Of a stretch of 20,000 bases of DNA, positions 15,804-20,000 are shown in pieces (position 1 is the stretch's first letter; every line of letters starts with the position of its first letter). A program made the translations under genes and the position numbers. The notes below the pieces were generated by a model, which did not search any database, had not been told where the DNA came from, and was given only the letters and a program-made list of their open reading frames with translations. Origin of the DNA: an uncultured virus (IMG/VR IMGVR_UViG_3300025922_000012) (taxonomy: Duplodnaviria; Heunggongvirae; Uroviricota; Caudoviricetes); the IMG/VR virus record IMGVR_UViG_3300025922_000012; one strand, written 5' to 3'.

Positions 15804-16241
15804 TTAGTCCTCGGTCGGTGGTTCGGTATCCCCGAGGTCACGCGGAGCGCCTTCCGATCCCGGCCCGCCGTCGTCCATGATGGGATCCGTGGGTGCATCC
15901 GTCAGGACCAACCCGCTCGTCTGCGGCTGGCCGTTCTTCCCCGCCGCCGCTTCCGTCTTCGCCCGTGTCTCCCCGCAGATCGCCATCTTGCGGTTCGGCA
16001 TCGCCGGTTGGAACACCACCGGAAACTTGGCCTGCAACACGACCTGGATCGCTTGCCCGCCCTGAATCATCGGGTTGAGCGCCGGCCCCACGGACACGAC
16101 TTCAAAGATCAGATCCTCTTCGTTGTGGAACAGGATCAGATGCCCCGCTTCGATCATTTTGCCGAAGCGATCCAAGGCGACCATTGGAGGCCGAGGCGGT
16201 TGCGGTTGAAACTCTCGGAACGGACTGCGCTTGTCTGCCAT
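15804..16241 (-). CDS. Hypothetical protein (145 aa)
   Basis: AGGAG RBS; DRFGKMIEAGHLILF start resembles YopX/SH3-like proteins. Confidence 0.65.
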   Translation of the reverse strand: MADKRSPFREFQPQPPRPPMVALDRFGKMIEAGHLILFHNEEDLIFEVVSVGPALNPMIQGGQAIQVVLQAKFPVVFQPAMPNRKMAICGETRAKTEAAAGKNGQPQTSGLVLTDAPTDPIMDDGGPGSEGAPRDLGDTEPPTED

Positions 16242-16249
16242 GCTCTCTC

Positions 16250-16768
16250 CTAGCGCACGTCATGCGCGCTGATTTCGACTTCGACGGACTTATTGAACTC
16301 CAACCCCAGACTCCATCGCCGATTCGGAACTTGCGTCTCCCACGTTCCGCCGTAGGCGTGCATCAGTGAATGCGCTTCGTCGAGCGCCTTCTGTTCCACC
16401 GACAGTACGCCGAGCACGGTATTGCTTTGCAAGAGCACGTAGACGCGCGTTGGTAGTCCAGCGTTACGGATCGCTTCGGCTGCTGGACTATCCGAAGGCA
16501 ACAGCGTGCGCGAATACCGTTCCGTGAACTCCTTCGCGCTGGCGAGAATGTCTGACGCGACCGGCATGGCGGATCCTTTCAAGGGCAAGCGCCCCGTATA
16601 GGTATTGCACACGAGACAGCACTCGTAACAATCCCCGACGCCCGGATGTGAAAGCGCCCGGTGAAACTGGAACGCCTCGCAGGTTTTGCAATAGAGCCAG
16701 CCGTCACCGATCCACATATTTGGGTTCGGCACGCAGCCATCGGCGAGAAGTTCAGCCTTGGTCAGCAT
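16250..16768 (-). CDS. Hypothetical protein with an N-terminal Zn-ribbon (CKTC...CLVC)
   Basis: TGATG coupling with rusA; two CxxC pairs. Confidence 0.6.
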   Translation of the reverse strand: MLTKAELLADGCVPNPNMWIGDGWLYCKTCEAFQFHRALSHPGVGDCYECCLVCNTYTGRLPLKGSAMPVASDILASAKEFTERYSRTLLPSDSPAAEAIRNAGLPTRVYVLLQSNTVLGVLSVEQKALDEAHSLMHAYGGTWETQVPNRRWSLGLEFNKSVEVEISAHDVR

Positions 16769-17220
16769 CAGAATTGACCTACAACGCCAGGGCGAAGCAC
16801 CAGCGGCATCTCCGCCAGCGTCATGATCGTGAACTCCGCCCGTGGCGCTTCTTCCTGCGTCTCCACGTACGCCTTGGTGGCTCGAATCTCCACCGCTTGC
16901 GCGTCGTCCTTATACACGATCCCAGTCAAGGCGTCGGTGGCTCCTCGTATCAACTTGTCCAGATCCGGCCGCGTGATGTGAGGGATCGGTTTCTTCGGCT
17001 TCGACTTCGGCCTAGAGAGGTAGAACGCGATGGTCACAATCACCGCCTCCGTCAACAGCACGCCGTTGGCCTGCGCGCCTGCCGCCGCCGCAATCTTGGA
17101 CTCCCAGCCCTTGAGGCCCTTCGTCGCCGACGTGATGATCGGGCGCGTCCAGCCCTTGGGCACAAACGCACGGGCAGAGCCCTTCGGCAACGGATCCCCG
17201 TAGACCACGAACTTGATCAC
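16768..17220 (-). CDS. rusA: RusA-family Holliday junction resolvase
   Basis: F.VYGDP.PKGS, F..SRPK, and RPDLDKLIRGATDALTGIVYKDDAQ with the catalytic D/K/D residues. Confidence 0.9.
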   Translation of the reverse strand: MIKFVVYGDPLPKGSARAFVPKGWTRPIITSATKGLKGWESKIAAAAGAQANGVLLTEAVIVTIAFYLSRPKSKPKKPIPHITRPDLDKLIRGATDALTGIVYKDDAQAVEIRATKAYVETQEEAPRAEFTIMTLAEMPLVLRPGVVGQF

Positions 17221-17381
17221 AGCTTTCGCCCTGCCAGTGCTCTGATCCCAAGCTCTACGAGTCGGCGCACCGTATCGGCAAGTGGCCGTTGGGCTTTATC
17301 CTTGATGCGCTCTAAATGTTCTCTCAGGTCGTCGCTCGCCCTGAAACTCACCATGTTGTCCAACCGCTTCGCTTTCGGCAT
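17217..17381 (-). CDS. Ribbon-helix-helix (CopG/Arc-like) regulator, first gene of the long operon
   Basis: Not in the ORF track. MPKAKRLDNMVSFRASDDLREHLERIKDKAQRPLADTVRRLVELGIRALAGRKL; GTGA overlap with rusA. Confidence 0.75.
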   Translation of the reverse strand: MPKAKRLDNMVSFRASDDLREHLERIKDKAQRPLADTVRRLVELGIRALAGRKL

Positions 17382-17387
17382 GACCAC

Positions 17388-17417
17388 ACCTTAATTAAAT
17401 GTATTCCTTGTTGTCAA
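17388..17417 (-). promoter_or_regulatory. Sigma70-type leftward promoter (probably leaderless)
   Basis: TTGACA (17417-17412), 18 nt, TAAGGT (17393-17388), 6 nt, ATG. Confidence 0.6.
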
Positions 17418-17438
17418 GGGAAACTTTTGTGGTAGTAT
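17411..17438 (+). promoter_or_regulatory. Sigma70-type rightward promoter (probably leaderless)
   Basis: TTGTCA (17411-17416), 16 nt, TAGTAT (17433-17438) with an extended -10 TGn; ATG 8 nt later with no RBS. Confidence 0.55.
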
Positions 17439-17446
17439 TCCGGCCC

Positions 17447-17707
17447 ATGCCGATACGCCCAATAGATGATGACGATCTTCGGAAAGCCTTAGCACTACTG
17501 CCATCGCCCCACTTTAGGCAGCGGGACATCTACCGTTGCGCACAACGCCTCTATCGTGATCCGACGAAGGGGCAAGCCTTGTGGAGCAAGATGGTTCGAT
17601 TCGGATGGATCGTTCCGACAAAATACCGCATCGGTAACTACCAATGCCGCTTCTACTGGACACGTTCATCGGCGCTCCCGCCGCACATTGAGCACTATTT
17701 GCCATGA
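17447..17707 (+). CDS. Small basic protein, possible winged helix (86 aa)
   Basis: Helix-rich N-terminus followed by MVRFGWIV...RFYW (wing-like); ATGA overlap with the next gene. Confidence 0.55.
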   Translation: MPIRPIDDDDLRKALALLPSPHFRQRDIYRCAQRLYRDPTKGQALWSKMVRFGWIVPTKYRIGNYQCRFYWTRSSALPPHIEHYLP

Positions 17708-18159
17708 AACAGATCCTGCTTCTCGCCTATCTCACCGCCTGCGTCGTCATCGGTCACAACCTTGCGCCGTCGTGGCAGAACGATGTCGCGCTTTGGAGCC
17801 GCACCGTGGAAGTCGCCCCGCATCATGCGAGAGCGATGGTGAACTTAGCGGATGCCTACGCGAAGGGAACGATTGGAACGATGACGACGTTGGGGATGCG
17901 CCGGGGATCGATTGGGACGTTTCGGATCCCACCAGACGAAGAACATCTCAGGCTCGCCCTGTTCTGGGCGGCAATGGCGAGACAGCACGCGCATGAGGAT
18001 GGCCTGTTGCCGGAGCGTGAGCGCCGCACGGTCATCATGGCAGCGAACTCAGATATGGTGTCGATCCTGCTCACGCAGCAACCGGCGAACGCACCGCTCA
18101 TCACGGAACTTCTGGAGGAGATATGGCAACTGCAATCCGGCGCTTCGCCAGCGAAGTAG
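17704..18159 (+). CDS. Membrane-anchored TPR-like protein resembling the C-terminal part of TMTC-type glycosyltransferases
   Basis: N-terminal TM helix followed by WQNDVALWSRTVEVAPHHARAMVNLADAY, the TMTC TM-to-TPR junction pattern. Confidence 0.7.
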   Translation: MKQILLLAYLTACVVIGHNLAPSWQNDVALWSRTVEVAPHHARAMVNLADAYAKGTIGTMTTLGMRRGSIGTFRIPPDEEHLRLALFWAAMARQHAHEDGLLPERERRTVIMAANSDMVSILLTQQPANAPLITELLEEIWQLQSGASPAK

Positions 18160-19268
18160 ACGCGATTGTCGTGCGGGCCTCCGGTGAGGCTCCGATAAGT
18201 CTAAGGATCTGCGTTCTGATTCTGTGCGGCATGGCGGAATTTACTACGTTCCTGGATCGATCCACGGCATTCGTCTTCGAGGATTCCAACGTCCTGCCGT
18301 GGAAAGGTCCGTTCACCTTCACGCCCAAATTGTCGTACCTGATCTGGGGCGCACTCCATCTGACGGATCCGTGGCAGTACCACGCGCTCAACCTCGGAGT
18401 CCATGCGTTGACGAGCGTGATGGTGGGATTGGTCGCTGCGAAGTTATGGCCTGCATGGTATCGGTTCGATTACATCGGCGACGGCCATTACGGTAACGGT
18501 TGGCACATCTCACGTCCGACAAACGGACTCGCGTGGGCCTGCGGATCGATCTTCTGGCTGCACCCGCTGGCGATCCCTGCGGTTGGCTACGCTGCCGCCT
18601 TACCTGAAATGCTCGTCTGCCTTGGAGCCGTCTCGCTGACATGGGCACTTCTACATGGCTGGAAATGGCGATGGATCTGTCTCGCCGGATCGATCCTGTT
18701 GCTCACGCTCAATGTGAAGCAGAGTGCCGTGGGCGTCTTACTGCTGCCGGCTGTCGTGCTGATCGTGCGACCGATCCGGTGGAGAGGATATGCCGGATGG
18801 TTCTGGGCGTTCGGCTTCCTGGCGTTCCTCGCAGGCGTCACCGTCGCGCAGAGCGTGGACTTCGTACGTACGAGTTATCCGTGGCACCGCTGGCCGGAGG
18901 AGATGTTGCCGATGGCCGCGCAAGCGTGGGTGTTGGCGGCGCAATCGATCCTTCCAATACGGATCGCTTTTCAGTTGGACCCTCAACCGGAATGGCTTGG
19001 CATCTTGTCTTGGATCGCAGGCTGGAGCATCACGGCGGGACTCGTTGTGTTCTGTCTCGGGATGCGATGGCGTGTAACTGCCTTTGCGATCCTCTACGTG
19101 CTCGCCCTGATCACAGTTCGTCTAATAGTTCCCGCAAGCAACTGGCAAGACCGTGCTCCAGAGATGTGGTACACGCAGCAATGGTATCCGGCCCTACCGG
19201 GGATGGTGTGGCTGCTGGTGTCGTTCGTGGCCGGCGATGCTTCCCGCGCCGAGCCGTCCGGTGAGTGA
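18123..19268 (+). CDS. Polytopic membrane GT-C (TMTC/PMT-like) glycosyltransferase domain, degenerate
   Basis: FVFED, PWQYHALNLGVH, FWLHPL...AV.Y....EML, LNVKQSAV and QQWYPALPG; roughly 9-10 hydrophobic segments. Confidence 0.75.
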   Translation: MATAIRRFASEVDAIVVRASGEAPISLRICVLILCGMAEFTTFLDRSTAFVFEDSNVLPWKGPFTFTPKLSYLIWGALHLTDPWQYHALNLGVHALTSVMVGLVAAKLWPAWYRFDYIGDGHYGNGWHISRPTNGLAWACGSIFWLHPLAIPAVGYAAALPEMLVCLGAVSLTWALLHGWKWRWICLAGSILLLTLNVKQSAVGVLLLPAVVLIVRPIRWRGYAGWFWAFGFLAFLAGVTVAQSVDFVRTSYPWHRWPEEMLPMAAQAWVLAAQSILPIRIAFQLDPQPEWLGILSWIAGWSITAGLVVFCLGMRWRVTAFAILYVLALITVRLIVPASNWQDRAPEMWYTQQWYPALPGMVWLLVSFVAGDASRAEPSGE

Positions 19269-19452
19269 CCTTGCCGTGATCATGTCCCAAATGCCACGCG
19301 CCACATAGCCGCCAACAGCGATAGATTTTGAGACGGGCTTTCCGTTGGGGATGCTCAGGGCTCTCGGCAAGCAGGCGCAGCAATGCCGCCTGAGCATCCG
19401 CCTTGGTGAAATGGCGGATCTTTCCGCTCTCGCACTTCGCTTGTAGCCCCAT
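19111..19452 (-). CDS. Small phage Zn-finger-like protein
   Basis: CESGKIRH..KADAQAAL...IYRCWRLCGAWHL; the tail overlaps the GT-C gene in antisense. Confidence 0.6.
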   Translation of the reverse strand: MGLQAKCESGKIRHFTKADAQAALLRLLAESPEHPQRKARLKIYRCWRLCGAWHLGHDHGKVTHRTARRGKHRRPRTTPAATPSPVGPDTIAACTTSLEHGLASCLRELLDEL

Positions 19453-19457
19453 CGGTC

Positions 19458-19832
19458 CTACGTCTTGTTCACCGTGGAGATGTCGTCGTGGAGTGAGTTC
19501 AGCACGTCGGCCATGCCATCCGCGAGCTTCTGACAGCCCGCTTGGAACAGCGCCGGATCCCCGATCTTGTGGTTCGCCAGAATGGACGATTGGAGGATCA
19601 CTTGCGCCACGAGCGGGGTTGCCGCCTTGAGCTTGTCAGGCCCTGCTTGATTCAGCGTCTGCCCGATGACTTCGACGGTCGTGATGATGTTGGCGATCTC
19701 CGTCAGATCCCGGCTGATCGTCTGCACCACGTTCCCTGAGCCGGAGATCATCCCTGAGATGATCGGGGAGAACCCGGTGTAGATTTCCAGACCTTTGCGG
19801 AGGATCTGACCCAGCTTCGTGAGGAACTTCAT
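19458..19832 (-). CDS. Hypothetical protein (124 aa), possibly lysis-module or virion associated
   Basis: AGGAG RBS; amphipathic N-terminus. Confidence 0.7.
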   Translation of the reverse strand: MKFLTKLGQILRKGLEIYTGFSPIISGMISGSGNVVQTISRDLTEIANIITTVEVIGQTLNQAGPDKLKAATPLVAQVILQSSILANHKIGDPALFQAGCQKLADGMADVLNSLHDDISTVNKT

Positions 19833-19841
19833 GCGGTTCTC

Positions 19842-20000
19842 CTACTTGTCGAGTTTCGGAACGATGTTGACCGGCGTGGACACCGAAGGCGTTGCGCCGC
19901 CAGAGGAGATGTGCTCCTTGACTTCCGCTTCCGTCGTGTCAGGCGTCATCGCCAGCGCCGTCAGGAACTTGATCCGGCCCCGGTATTTGTCCACGAGGCT
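19842..20000 (-). CDS. 3' end of a CDS entering from the right (possibly a holin C-terminus)
   Basis: Open frame SLVDKYRGRIKFLTALAM...VPKLDK*; the stop abuts the RBS of the next gene. Confidence 0.55.
   Translation of the reverse strand, partial: SLVDKYRGRIKFLTALAMTPDTTEAEVKEHISSGGATPSVSTPVNIVPKLDK

Noticed and set aside
16250..16567. Internal start MPVASD... within the Zn-ribbon gene
   Set aside because: Only a weak RBS (AAGGA); not enough support for a separate gene.
1..20000. CRISPR array associated with the Cas4-like genes
   Set aside because: No regularly spaced direct repeats seen, and no cas1/cas2.
1..20000. Stop-codon reassignment as an explanation for fused or overlapping ORFs
   Set aside because: TAA, TAG and TGA all end well-supported genes, and coding density is high under the standard code.

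Overview
This ~60% GC window looks like part of a tailed phage or prophage genome. Positions 1470-17381 are one long, translationally coupled minus-strand replication/recombination operon. In transcription order it encodes a ribbon-helix-helix (RHH) regulator, RusA resolvase, two Cas4-like PD-(D/E)XK nucleases flanking RecT, an HNH homing endonuclease, a Rad50/SbcC-like ATPase, a J-domain protein, a cysteine-less HNH, an HTH protein, a degenerate-TOPRIM/AAA helicase, a C5-methyltransferase-like protein, a TubC_N-like protein, a cupin and a Dam-like N6-methyltransferase. A Topo VI-A/Spo11-like (Mini-A type) gene and a second RHH gene converge on it from the left. A compact divergent promoter at ~17382-17446 drives a plus-strand three-gene cassette that contains a TMTC-like GT-C glycosyltransferase split into two genes in reversed order, with altered motif residues. 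Other notable signals are a strong window-wide GATC excess, a hairpin-dense ~590 nt apparently non-coding island (3160-3745), a C9 tract inside the C5-MTase, and several nested, fused or miniature ORFs. All family calls come from motif recognition by eye; no searches were run.
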